From positions 1 through 59,466 of the forward strand of contig JBBIGR010000032.1 of NCBI GenBank assembly GCA_037447435.1: a stretch of DNA of 59,466 bases, given 5' to 3'. Within the stretch, counting starts at the first letter, position 1, and each line of letters begins with the position of its first letter. This document shows positions 35,583 to 45,040 of this stretch, piece by piece. The DNA comes from Fibrobacteria bacterium. GTDB lineage: Bacteria > Fibrobacterota > Chitinivibrionia > Chitinivibrionales > FEN-1185. The translations under genes were made by a program, and so were the position numbers. The notes beneath the pieces are model-generated. The model did no database searches and was not told the origin of the DNA. It saw only the letters and a list, made by a program, of their open reading frames with translations.

Positions 35583-37049
35583 TTATATTCCAATGTGGCA
35601 TTCATGGATTCCACCGGGCAAATCCTTAATTTCAACATGTAGCTCTTTTAATTGAGCCCGGATAGAATCGGCTGTTGAGAAATCCTTATTTGTTTTCGCA
35701 ATTTTCCGCCTGCTTAACAACAATACAATAGAATCAATATCGTTTTTATCAATTTCTTTTGCAGAAAATATTTTAGCTTTGATGCCCGACGCTTCAACAT
35801 CAACGACAATTTGTGGATTATCATTTAACAGACTTAAGCCTAAAATCAAATCGGCAATTTCCATTGCCTTATATTTTTCTTCCGAAGAAATCCCCGAAGC
35901 CTTAAGTATTGCCCATATCTGACTAACGGCAACAGGCATGTTTAAATCGTCACAAACAGCATTAAAGAACGAATCAAGATGCTTAATGGCATTTTCTGTT
36001 AAACCTTTGGATTCAACGATCGGCTTTTTAGTCTCTGACAAAACAAGTTTTTTTAAATTTGCTAAACCGGAAGCCGCCGCATTAAAACCATCCATGGAAA
36101 ACATAAGAGGCGACCGATAGTGAGCTGTAAAGCAAAACATGCGATATGCGGCTGCGGACATTCCATCTTTGACAATAGTATCTAAAGTTAAAAATTCTCC
36201 GGACGATTTCGCCATTTTACCTTTATCAACAACCAAGAACTCTCCATGCAACCAATACTTCGCAAATTTTTTACCCGTTGCAGCTTCTGTTTGAGCGATT
36301 TCATTGGTGTGGTGAACTCGAACATGATCCATGCCGCCACAATGAATATCGAGAGGCTGTTCCAGGTATTTCAAAGACATTGCAGAACATTCAATATGCC
36401 ATCCTGGAAAACCAATTCCCCAAGGACTATCCCACTCCATTTGTCGTTTTACGTTTTTTGGAGAAAATTTCCAGAGAGCGAAATCGGTCGCGCTCTTTTT
36501 CTCTCCCATTTCAACGCGATTCCCTGCTTGTAAATTTTCGACGTCCAATCGTGCAAATGTTGCATATTCCGGAAATTTTGTCGTATCGAAATAAACGCCG
36601 TCTCCAGTATTATAAGTAAAACCTTTTTCCTGCAATGTTTTAATCAGCGAAATCATTTCAGGAATATGATTGGTTGCCTTGGGCCAAATATCGGGCTCGA
36701 TTACATTGAGATCTTTGAGGTTCTTTTTAAAAGCCTGGGTATAATAATCGGCGATCTCCCAAACGGATTTACCTTCTCTGTTCGCCCCTTTTTCCATTTT
36801 ATCATCACCACTGTCGGCATCTGAGGTTAAATGGCCGACATCGGTAATATTGAGTACATGCTTGACTTTATATCCTAAAGCAATCAACGTTCGCTTAAGC
36901 ACATCCTCAAACAAATAGGTACGCAAGTTGCCGATGTGCGCAAAATTATACACTGTAGGTCCACAGCAATACAGACCTACAACCTCATGTTGAGGTACAA
37001 AAAGTTCTTTTTGCCTTGTTGCAGTATTGTACAGATAAAATTTGTGCAT
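35583..37049 (-). CDS. cysS: Cysteine--tRNA ligase
   Basis: CGPTVY..AHIGN, DFALWK, PGWHIECSAM, HHTNE, KMAKS. Confidence 0.98.
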   Translation of the reverse strand: MHKFYLYNTATRQKELFVPQHEVVGLYCCGPTVYNFAHIGNLRTYLFEDVLKRTLIALGYKVKHVLNITDVGHLTSDADSGDDKMEKGANREGKSVWEIADYYTQAFKKNLKDLNVIEPDIWPKATNHIPEMISLIKTLQEKGFTYNTGDGVYFDTTKFPEYATFARLDVENLQAGNRVEMGEKKSATDFALWKFSPKNVKRQMEWDSPWGIGFPGWHIECSAMSLKYLEQPLDIHCGGMDHVRVHHTNEIAQTEAATGKKFAKYWLHGEFLVVDKGKMAKSSGEFLTLDTIVKDGMSAAAYRMFCFTAHYRSPLMFSMDGFNAAASGLANLKKLVLSETKKPIVESKGLTENAIKHLDSFFNAVCDDLNMPVAVSQIWAILKASGISSEEKYKAMEIADLILGLSLLNDNPQIVVDVEASGIKAKIFSAKEIDKNDIDSIVLLLSRRKIAKTNKDFSTADSIRAQLKELHVEIKDLPGGIHECHIGI

Positions 37050-37110
37050 CGCCGTTACTTTTGACTTACACTTGAGTGTATTGAATTTTATTTAAAAAGA
37101 AAAAAAAACG

Positions 37111-38151
37111 CTAAAACTTCAAATCTACTTTACCGGCGCCAGAAACTATCGTTCCGACCACCCGCGGCTCAAACTGTGCGATCGTCTTCGTCTTTAACAC
37201 TTTGTCTACATCGGCAGATTTGACCGCCATCACAAGCCCAATCCCCATATTAAAAGTGCGATACATCTCGCGGTTTGCCACTTTGCCAACCTTTTGCATC
37301 CACAAAAAAATCGGATCGGGGGTCCATGATCGAGCATCGATTGCCGCATCACAACCTTTAGGGAGCACACGATCAACATTATCGGTAAAACCACCACCGG
37401 TAATATGTGCACATCCTCGTATAAGACCTTTTTTCATAATATCGAGAACCGGACTATATGCACGATGCGGGCGAAGCAATTCTTCACCAATCGTTCTCCC
37501 GGTTTCAGCAAATTTATCGCTGTATTTTTTTCGTGCAGCTTCCTTGACAATTTTTCGCGCCAAACTGTAACCGTTAGTATGCAATCCGTTCGACCGCAAA
37601 CCAATCAACACATCGCCTTTACGAATTTTACTACCGTCGATAACATCTTTTTCGTCAACAACACCAACAATCGTGCCTGCGATATCATATTCGGCTTCCT
37701 TGTACATTCCAGGCATCTCCGCAGTTTCACCGCCAATAAGAACGCAATCGGCAGCCTTACAAGCCTTTGTCAAGCCCGAAAGCACCTCAACAAACACCTC
37801 GGGATCAAGTTTGCCCGTGGCGATATAGTCTAGGAAATATAACGGTTTTGCACCCAAAACCAAGATATCGTTGATGCAATGATTTACAATATCCATTCCA
37901 ACGGTGTTATGAATTCCGGTTTCCGCCGCAATTTTAAGTTTTGTTCCAACACCATCAACAGAAGACACCAATATAGGCTTTTTGTAATTTTTTACTGCAG
38001 CAAGCGAAAACATACCGCCAAAATGGCCGAATTTTCCAACGACGTTTTTATTAAATGTCGATTCAACAAGTTTACCAATGCGTTTTCTTGCATTATTCCA
38101 AACAGGAATATTAACTCCAGCATCTGCATAGCTCAAGGATTTTGATGTCAT
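37111..38151 (-). CDS. purM: Phosphoribosylformylglycinamidine cyclo-ligase (AIR synthetase)
   Basis: YADAGV, DGVGTKL, GGETAEMPG, SNGLHTNGYSL, HITGGG, TFNMG. Confidence 0.98.
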   Translation of the reverse strand: MTSKSLSYADAGVNIPVWNNARKRIGKLVESTFNKNVVGKFGHFGGMFSLAAVKNYKKPILVSSVDGVGTKLKIAAETGIHNTVGMDIVNHCINDILVLGAKPLYFLDYIATGKLDPEVFVEVLSGLTKACKAADCVLIGGETAEMPGMYKEAEYDIAGTIVGVVDEKDVIDGSKIRKGDVLIGLRSNGLHTNGYSLARKIVKEAARKKYSDKFAETGRTIGEELLRPHRAYSPVLDIMKKGLIRGCAHITGGGFTDNVDRVLPKGCDAAIDARSWTPDPIFLWMQKVGKVANREMYRTFNMGIGLVMAVKSADVDKVLKTKTIAQFEPRVVGTIVSGAGKVDLKF

Positions 38152-38304
38152 ATCATTTTTCCCAAAAAAAAGTTTTTAAGCCTACTATCTGCCTATGGTT
38201 ACACAACGAAGAAAAAAAACGGGGGCAAAATGGTTCCATTAAGACAGCGTTACCCTGGGATTTACAGGAAAACTCCTTACCAACAGGGTTATAGCAAAAC
38301 ACAA

Positions 38305-38333
38305 AAAATAGGTTCAGTACGAAGGGAAGTCAA
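38305..38333 (-). promoter_or_regulatory. Putative sigma70 promoter for purM-cysS-clpP
   Basis: Minus strand TTGACT-17 nt-TATTTT with an AT-rich UP-like region upstream. Confidence 0.5.
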
Positions 38334-38363
38334 TAAATTGTAAGAAATAAATAAATTTTTAAT

Positions 38364-39857
38364 TCAATAATTTTTCCCGCTCAAAACGAGCTTTGTTTTT
38401 CCTATAAGTCCTTCGGGAGTTTCCGCAAAAACGATATAAGTCCCTTTAGCCAGCCCATGAACATCTAAAAGAGAAATGGCAGATGTTATGCTTTTTTTCA
38501 TTTTTATCGCCCCTGCCAAGTCACAAAACGACACAGTCACATTCTTATACCTGTTTCGAATAAAAGAAAACGAAACAATGCAGTCTCCGTTACGACTTTC
38601 GATTTTACACGATCCGAGTTGATCCACAGTATTTGCAGCTTTAATTCCGGATACCTTTATCGACGTGGATTCATCAAGTTTTTTATAACGCAGCAAAGCT
38701 TCTAAATAATAATAATCCGCATAGTTTATCGGCACATCGATTTCCGTACCGGCAGGTTTATTGCCGGTAGAATGCTTTAAAATAAAATTGCCTGATGTAT
38801 TTGGCGCCGCCGTATAAGCCGACGACGACAAGCTTTGCAAGATCGCTTTTGCTTTTTGCAAATAAGTTGCGCCTGATGCTCCTTTAACATAGGTGCTAAG
38901 TTCGCATAATGCCGATGCATATATGGCAGCAGCCGACGCATCACGTGAAGGGGTGGGCGAAGTGGGAACATCAAAATCCCAATAGGGGACCATCTCAGTT
39001 GGCAAACGTGAAATTATGTAGTCCGCAATATGGGTAGCCTGGATCAAATAAGAAGAATCTTTGGTCTCCCGAAACATCATGGTGTACCCATAAAGCCCCC
39101 AGCCTTGACCGCGTGCCCACGACGATTCGTCCGCATACCCCTGTACCGTCATTTTACCAAGCACATTGCCGTTGGCCTGATCATATGCAACGAGATGATA
39201 GCTGCTGAAGTTGCTTCGAAAATGATTCTTTAAAGTAGTGTTCGCATGACTTTTTGCAATCTTGACAAAGCTGCTATCGCCACTCGCCTTTGTAGCCCAA
39301 CATAAAAGTTCTAGGTTCATCATATTGTCTATAATGACTGGATACGTATAGGTCGTACTCCCTTTTGTGTACGTATCCCATGATTTTATCGCTTTGACAG
39401 TTGCATTATACCGCCCCGAAAGCGTCCGGGCTGCCCGCATCATGACAGCGGTATCAAGTTTATATTGCGATGTACTTGAAAACTGCAAGCCGCTCCCGTA
39501 ACTGCAGTTAATCCTGAATCCGACATCATGATCGTTCACGGTGGCGGCAGACGACAGCGTATTAGTCCAGTTCCTGGCCCACGTTTTCCAGGTTGCATCG
39601 TTTGTATACTGTGCCATGAGCCACAGACTCCCGGCAAAAAAACCGCTTGTCCAATCGGAATAATTTACTCTAACAACCGCTCCGTTTCCATCGATGCTTC
39701 GTGGATACGAAGTATAGGTTGTACCCATGGCATTATAAAGCCTGGTCAACTGGGATTTAGCGGAATCAAGTGCATCGTTATAAAAAGCCGTGGTTGCGGA
39801 ATAACCAGCCGAAACCGCACAAAAAACTACTGCAATAGCAATCATTTTTTTTCTCAT
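38364..39857 (-). CDS. GH88 unsaturated glucuronyl hydrolase with signal peptide and C-terminal sorting-like domain
   Basis: DWTSGFF.G.LW, HDVGF, VIIDNMMNLELL, WARGQ.W..YG, DASAAAI, YADYYYLEAL. C-terminal DLAG...GLAKGTYIV resembles T9SS-type CTDs. Start set at MRKKMIA. Confidence 0.9.
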   Translation of the reverse strand: MRKKMIAIAVVFCAVSAGYSATTAFYNDALDSAKSQLTRLYNAMGTTYTSYPRSIDGNGAVVRVNYSDWTSGFFAGSLWLMAQYTNDATWKTWARNWTNTLSSAATVNDHDVGFRINCSYGSGLQFSSTSQYKLDTAVMMRAARTLSGRYNATVKAIKSWDTYTKGSTTYTYPVIIDNMMNLELLCWATKASGDSSFVKIAKSHANTTLKNHFRSNFSSYHLVAYDQANGNVLGKMTVQGYADESSWARGQGWGLYGYTMMFRETKDSSYLIQATHIADYIISRLPTEMVPYWDFDVPTSPTPSRDASAAAIYASALCELSTYVKGASGATYLQKAKAILQSLSSSAYTAAPNTSGNFILKHSTGNKPAGTEIDVPINYADYYYLEALLRYKKLDESTSIKVSGIKAANTVDQLGSCKIESRNGDCIVSFSFIRNRYKNVTVSFCDLAGAIKMKKSITSAISLLDVHGLAKGTYIVFAETPEGLIGKTKLVLSGKNY

Positions 39858-40087
39858 GATATCCTCGTTTTGTTTTTTAGATCTCACGCCACTGCATCAC
39901 AATGTTGTCCGCTACATCTAGTAAATATAGGTCCAAATCTGTAATTTTGTTTAAAATTAATCGGGATGATAACTGAAATGTATTTTGCAATGGTTTTTCT
40001 GTTCCGATTTAATTAATTCTTGAGTGGTTTTTCCACACTTATTATTATTTTAAAACTATGAATATTCCTCATAGTTAGGATAAATGT

Positions 40088-40882
40088 ATGAAAAGCGGAT
40101 TTTTCTCCAAAGAAGGGATTTCTTTTATTCTTTCCATTTTTGCAGGATTTTTTTCATGCGGCAATTCGTCTGTTTCCATGGACGACATGTATTTGGTTGA
40201 ACCTGTCGGTTACCGCGATTCGCAGAATGCTCAAAACAAGTATCCTCTTTTCGTGTATTTGCATCCGTGGAGTTCTCCCGGCGGAGAAAAAGCGCTTCCC
40301 TGTTTGAAAACCGAAACGGAACGTACCGCTTATCCCTGCTTTATTTATGTGCCGCATTCAACAAAATCCACTTTTAACAACAAAAAAATCATTGGCCAAA
40401 TAGAAGCATTGAAGCAAAAATATCGCATCGATACAAACCGACTGTATCTTGCAGGTCATTCCATGGGGGGCTCGGGCTCATACTCATTGATTAATGATTA
40501 CTATGAGTCAAAAGGCGTTCTTTTTGCAGGCATCATCAGAATGTCGGGCCAGACGCAAACGGTTTTGCGTGACAGCATAATCGGAAAAACCGCGATCTGG
40601 TATCATATAGGATTATCCGATGAAAAATCTCGTGTAGAGACAGCGAGGAAATCTTTTGCTTTTCTTAAGACGCATATTAAAGCCGACGGCACAACTTTTC
40701 ACGGTGAGCCGGCACCGTATTCGCAACACCCCGGAATAACGCAGATAATTTCGAAAAACGGTATCGACATTGTAAAATACACTGAGTATGATCCGCCAAC
40801 AGGGCACGATATTGGGACTTTTCCCTTTGAAGACCCAAAACTACTTGTTTGGCTTTTCAGTCAATCCCTCAAAAACCGATAA
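40088..40882 (+). CDS. Alpha/beta-hydrolase (esterase/peptidase-like), probable lipoprotein
   Basis: YPLFVYLH, IDTNRLYLAGHSMGG nucleophile elbow, C-terminal GHD..WLFSQ, N-terminal FFSC lipobox-like. Confidence 0.8.
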   Translation: MKSGFFSKEGISFILSIFAGFFSCGNSSVSMDDMYLVEPVGYRDSQNAQNKYPLFVYLHPWSSPGGEKALPCLKTETERTAYPCFIYVPHSTKSTFNNKKIIGQIEALKQKYRIDTNRLYLAGHSMGGSGSYSLINDYYESKGVLFAGIIRMSGQTQTVLRDSIIGKTAIWYHIGLSDEKSRVETARKSFAFLKTHIKADGTTFHGEPAPYSQHPGITQIISKNGIDIVKYTEYDPPTGHDIGTFPFEDPKLLVWLFSQSLKNR

Positions 40883-41187
40883 GACACATTCTCCTTGCTA
40901 TTATTTGTCAATCTTTTTTCGTTTAATTGACATTAAGCATTCAACAGGCCGCCAACCGCATTGATATAATATAACCGCACTGCACAACCTTTTTGTATTC
41001 TAAAAGAACACGTTTTTTTTAAGGACTGGTAAATATACCAACTTTAACGCATACCGCATTTTTATATTTTATCCGACAAATTCAACGAAACTTTTTTTAC
41101 TATGTCTTGTAAACTGAGCACGGGGTGGTACTCGGTTTGCCGTTGCTATTCGTTTTGTCTGTGTCATTTCATCAATTGGGAGGTAGT

Positions 41188-42540
41188 ATGCGTACGATGT
41201 GTTCTTTTTTTTGTGTGTTGTTTGCAAGCGGTATCGCCTTGTCAGCCGATACGACGTCGGCACTGACCCCGTCCGTTTCTCCTGCGGAAACAACGGCAAC
41301 GGCAGCTACAACGGCAGAGGTACTGCCTGTAAAACATCCCGATACAATTGCCAATGCTTCTGCGGTCTCCAATGCGACGATCACCTGGTCGGGAATGGCC
41401 GAATTACGTTTGAGAGACGATATCCTCTCCAATTATCGAGCAGACGGGAAGATCGCCCAGTCCGCTAATTCTTCATATCGAATAGCCTATATGTTCGGTG
41501 TAACAGCCAGGCCCAGCGACAAGGTAACGTTGCGATTCGAAATAGCAAACGATTGCAACGATTGGTATGCACCTGAAACAGTCAAAAATTTTATCGATAA
41601 TTATTGGACGAAAAGGAACCAATTGATGCCATGGGTCGATCTTGCGTATGCGGAATGGAACCCCGGTGCCGTATATGTACAGGCAGGTATCATACCCGTT
41701 AAAGAAACGCCGCTTATGGATTTGCTCGGGGTATCAATGTTTTTTGACCGTGATTATAAAATGGCGGCGCAGATCAGGTGGGGTTCCGTTACCAATGGGA
41801 GCAGACCAGGTTTACGCCTTGGCGTGCCAATCTTCAAAGGTCCGGTATCGCTGTGCCTAGAAGGGTTTGCCTCGGCCCTTGCAATACCGGAAATAAATGC
41901 CGGACTGGATTCTATGAAAGCAAATCCGATCGCCGCTCATTTACAATTAGATATTCCCGTAACAGTACAACAACTGACGATTGTTCCTCAGGTATTTGTC
42001 GTTCCGAACCGGACCTATAATATGGCAAACGGCGAAAGCGATGTTGAATTCGGAGCAGGGTTCAATGCCGGATACTCGATCGGCACCGATGTCAAATTCA
42101 GAGCCGGCTTCGGATACGCTCGTAATTCAAACCGTAATTCTTATAAAACAACGACAACGCCCAAAACCGTTTTTGACACCGTTTACAATAATTTCGGAGA
42201 TCCGTTTGCGTCGCCGATCAGACTCGATTCCACCATGCTCGATTCCGTTCTGTTCGACAGATGGGCGACAAATATGAATGTCGGCACTTCGGTTAAAATG
42301 GGCCCCGGCATTTTGGATTTCGATTTCAATGTGAGTAACGAACAAGACGGTTACGATTCAAAAACCGACGACTGGTTTACATTCTTCGAAATCAAGTACG
42401 AATGGATGCTCTCTAAAAATTACGTGCTTATGCCGAGGGTCAAGGTCTATTTCACTGAGCCTAAATCAACAATTGCCGGGATCAAGTTCAATAACATGGC
42501 CACCACGATCCCCGAGTTGATACTAAGAGGAGAGTTTTAA
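41188..42540 (+). CDS. Probable outer-membrane beta-barrel protein
   Basis: SD GGAGG, signal peptide, Thr/Ala linker, alternating beta-strand pattern, DLAYAEW motif, C-terminal Phe. Confidence 0.7.
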   Translation: MRTMCSFFCVLFASGIALSADTTSALTPSVSPAETTATAATTAEVLPVKHPDTIANASAVSNATITWSGMAELRLRDDILSNYRADGKIAQSANSSYRIAYMFGVTARPSDKVTLRFEIANDCNDWYAPETVKNFIDNYWTKRNQLMPWVDLAYAEWNPGAVYVQAGIIPVKETPLMDLLGVSMFFDRDYKMAAQIRWGSVTNGSRPGLRLGVPIFKGPVSLCLEGFASALAIPEINAGLDSMKANPIAAHLQLDIPVTVQQLTIVPQVFVVPNRTYNMANGESDVEFGAGFNAGYSIGTDVKFRAGFGYARNSNRNSYKTTTTPKTVFDTVYNNFGDPFASPIRLDSTMLDSVLFDRWATNMNVGTSVKMGPGILDFDFNVSNEQDGYDSKTDDWFTFFEIKYEWMLSKNYVLMPRVKVYFTEPKSTIAGIKFNNMATTIPELILRGEF

Positions 42541-42560
42541 TTTCGCAACTGAATTTTAAT

Positions 42561-42600
42561 GCAAAACGGAAGGCGGGCGAAAGGCCTCTTTCCGTTTTGC
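42561..42600. other. Intergenic hairpin between the beta-barrel and CBM9-like genes
   Basis: Perfect 11-bp inverted repeat GCAAAACGGAA/TTCCGTTTTGC around a GC-rich loop. Confidence 0.6.
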
Positions 42601-42671
42601 CTCGATTCAATACGCGTACCCGATATGATTCAAATATTCCTAGAAATTATCAAAAGCATGGAGGCCAATAT

Positions 42672-43403
42672 ATGAAAAGGCACGGGATTATCGTCGCGTT
42701 GTTCCTTTTTTCCTGTGGATTTCTTTTACTGGCAGGATGCTCATCGACAGATCCGATGGCATTTTCTCAGCAAGAATATGCGCAGACCCTTGGGAAAAAC
42801 AGAGCCAAATTCTACAGGGGTACGCCGAAGGTCGATAGTACTTGCGTTAAAGAAGCAATTTGGGACAGATGCGATGTGTATAAAACGCAAGTTGTCGCTC
42901 AAAATGATTATAGCGATTCCACGAAACCCGCCGAGGCCGAATTTCAATGTATGTGGGACGACAGCTTTTATTATTGCTATGCATCTATAAGGGATTCCGC
43001 GGTTGATTGTGAAAACCCGAACACCTTGGCCTATCAAAATGACGGGGTCGAGTTTTACATAGATGAAAATGACAGCGCGATACTTTCCTATGACAAAGAT
43101 GATTGCCAGCTCAGAATAACGGTAAACGACAGTTTGTCCGTCGGGCCGACGGCGCCCGAAGGCCGACCGTACCTGAGCAAATTCAAGGCATTTGCAAAGA
43201 TTGTTCCCGGCTTTGGATATGTTGTTGTGGCTGCGGTTCCTTTCCGTCATAGTTATCCAAAAGTTGGAACAGTTTTCGGCTTCGATATTCAAGTAAACGA
43301 TGCACGGGATGGCATCAGGTTGGGTCAGACATGCTTTAATCAAGCGGATAATACCGGTTGGCAGAAAAGCGATGTTTTTGGCGTCGGTATTTGCTATCCA
43401 TAA
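42672..43403 (+). CDS. CBM9-like sugar-binding lipoprotein
   Basis: SD GGAGG, lipobox LLAGC, WDD.FYY.YA.I.D, QNDGVEFYIDEN and GFDIQVND typical of CBM9_1. Confidence 0.8.
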   Translation: MKRHGIIVALFLFSCGFLLLAGCSSTDPMAFSQQEYAQTLGKNRAKFYRGTPKVDSTCVKEAIWDRCDVYKTQVVAQNDYSDSTKPAEAEFQCMWDDSFYYCYASIRDSAVDCENPNTLAYQNDGVEFYIDENDSAILSYDKDDCQLRITVNDSLSVGPTAPEGRPYLSKFKAFAKIVPGFGYVVVAAVPFRHSYPKVGTVFGFDIQVNDARDGIRLGQTCFNQADNTGWQKSDVFGVGICYP

Positions 43404-43432
43404 GGAGAAACAAATAAATCTGAACTAAAACC

Positions 43433-43460
43433 TAAAGTGACCCTTTAACAATTCCGATAA
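43433..43460 (+). promoter_or_regulatory. Putative sigma28 (FliA) promoter
   Basis: TAAA-16 nt-TCCGATAA against the consensus TAAA-N15-GCCGATAA. Confidence 0.45.
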
Positions 43461-43524
43461 GCATAACAAAGCTCCTTTTTACAGATTATTTGCTCGTTCG
43501 TTATTGGTAAAAGGCAGGTATTTT

Positions 43525-44622
43525 ATGCGTATTGCGATGTCTACAATCAATCTTGCATCCTCGCAAATAAGCGGCAAAGTTACGGAAAGCTACGAACATC
43601 TGCGGCAATGGGGCAAATCCTTCGATACGACGCAGGACAATCATAAAGCAAACGGAGCCATTCTTCAGGAGTCAACAAAAAAGAAGGATGTCTTAACATC
43701 GTTAAACAATACAAATGCCAATTCATCACAATCAATAGCCGCCATCTCCGGATTAAATCAGGAAGATGCTTTTACAAAAATGAAAGACGAATTTATCGGC
43801 AACGTCAAAGAGCAAATCATGAAAGATATGATAGAAATGATAACGGGAAAAAAAATAAAAATTCTCACCGCATCCGATCTTTCAGACTCAAACGGGACTA
43901 GTCCCGCCACTGCCGCTGCCCAGTCGCAAAAGACGCAACCACAAGATTGGGGAATCGATTATTCCTATAAAGAAACAACGACGACGACCGAGGGGGTTGC
44001 GGTGGCAGCCTCGGGAACGGTTACGACCGCCGATGGCAAAACCATTGATTTTAATGCCTCGCTGCAAATGACGCATCAAACAAGCACTGAAACATCTATT
44101 TCCGTCAAAGCCGGCGACGCACTCATTGATCCGCTCATGATAGATCTGTCCGGATCCGGGGTGTCATTATCCGAGGCCACATTCAAATTCGATATTAATG
44201 ACGATGGAACAGCGGAATCGATTCATGCCCCTAATCAGCAAAGCGGCTTTTTGGCATATGATAAAAACGGAAACGGAGTCATCGATGACGGCTCAGAGCT
44301 TTTCGGTCCCAAGTCGGGAAACGGATTTATCGACCTTTCAAAATACGATTCCGACAAAAACGGCTGGATAGATGAAAACGATGCAATATTCAACGATCTC
44401 AAAATTTTGCAAAAATCAAGCAACGGCAGCGATACGCTTACGTCGCTAAAAGAAATCGGCATCGGGGCAATTTATACGGGCACTATTTCATCAAAATTCA
44501 ATATCACGAGCGGTACAAGCCAATTTAACCCGACAATTGCCGGGATTGTGCAGAAAACGGGAATCTTTCTCCGGGAAAACGGTCCTGCCGGCTTTATTCA
44601 AGAAGTCGATTTAAAAGCCTGA
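43525..44622 (+). CDS. Hypothetical protein with C-terminal DxDxDG Ca-binding (VCBS/EF-hand-like) repeats
   Basis: DPLMIDL.G, FDINDDG, GFLAYDKNGNGVIDDGSELFG, YDSDKNGWIDEND. No Sec signal peptide. Confidence 0.8.
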   Translation: MRIAMSTINLASSQISGKVTESYEHLRQWGKSFDTTQDNHKANGAILQESTKKKDVLTSLNNTNANSSQSIAAISGLNQEDAFTKMKDEFIGNVKEQIMKDMIEMITGKKIKILTASDLSDSNGTSPATAAAQSQKTQPQDWGIDYSYKETTTTTEGVAVAASGTVTTADGKTIDFNASLQMTHQTSTETSISVKAGDALIDPLMIDLSGSGVSLSEATFKFDINDDGTAESIHAPNQQSGFLAYDKNGNGVIDDGSELFGPKSGNGFIDLSKYDSDKNGWIDENDAIFNDLKILQKSSNGSDTLTSLKEIGIGAIYTGTISSKFNITSGTSQFNPTIAGIVQKTGIFLRENGPAGFIQEVDLKA

Positions 44623-44673
44623 CCACCCATCCCCGAAACAGCGGGATTTTTGCTCCTCGCAACGAGGGCTGCT

Positions 44674-45039
44674 TTATCGACTTTGTGAAATTAGCCAATC
44701 TTTTGCAGTCATTGAATCGTTGAAAAGGTTAATATCCCGCTTACTGAATTGATTCACGACATTCACAAATATTCTGGGAAAACCGCTTAAGCCAAAAACC
44801 GCGGAAGCAATGACATAGGGTTTGTTATGAACGGTAAATTCTTTAAAAGCCTCCACCGTACGCTTGTTTATCTCGCATCCGGAAACATCGGTCAGCACAA
44901 GCAAAGATTTTTCTTTTTGATTCGAAATAAACGCTTTGTACTCACCGATCCGGGCCAAAACCTCAAGATATTTTAACCCCGAAAAATCGAGTCCGACTAT
45001 TGCTTTACCTTTATGCTGAACGATTGAAACCTTTTGCAT
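44674..45039 (-). CDS. SpoIIAA/STAS-like hypothetical protein
   Basis: 121 aa from MQKVS. LLVLTDV, SAVFG, F.D...AKDWL pattern. Starts 1 nt after the upstream stop. Confidence 0.65.
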   Translation of the reverse strand: MQKVSIVQHKGKAIVGLDFSGLKYLEVLARIGEYKAFISNQKEKSLLVLTDVSGCEINKRTVEAFKEFTVHNKPYVIASAVFGLSGFPRIFVNVVNQFSKRDINLFNDSMTAKDWLISQSR

Positions 45040-45040
45040 A

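Noticed and set aside
38245..38295. Purine riboswitch before purM (TATAA..AGG..AGTTT..GTAAA words)
   Set aside because: The words are too close together and the P2/P3 stems cannot form.
42561..42600. c-di-GMP-I riboswitch (GCAAA...GAAA)
   Set aside because: It is a simple hairpin lacking the GACGCAAAGC junction and the second stem.
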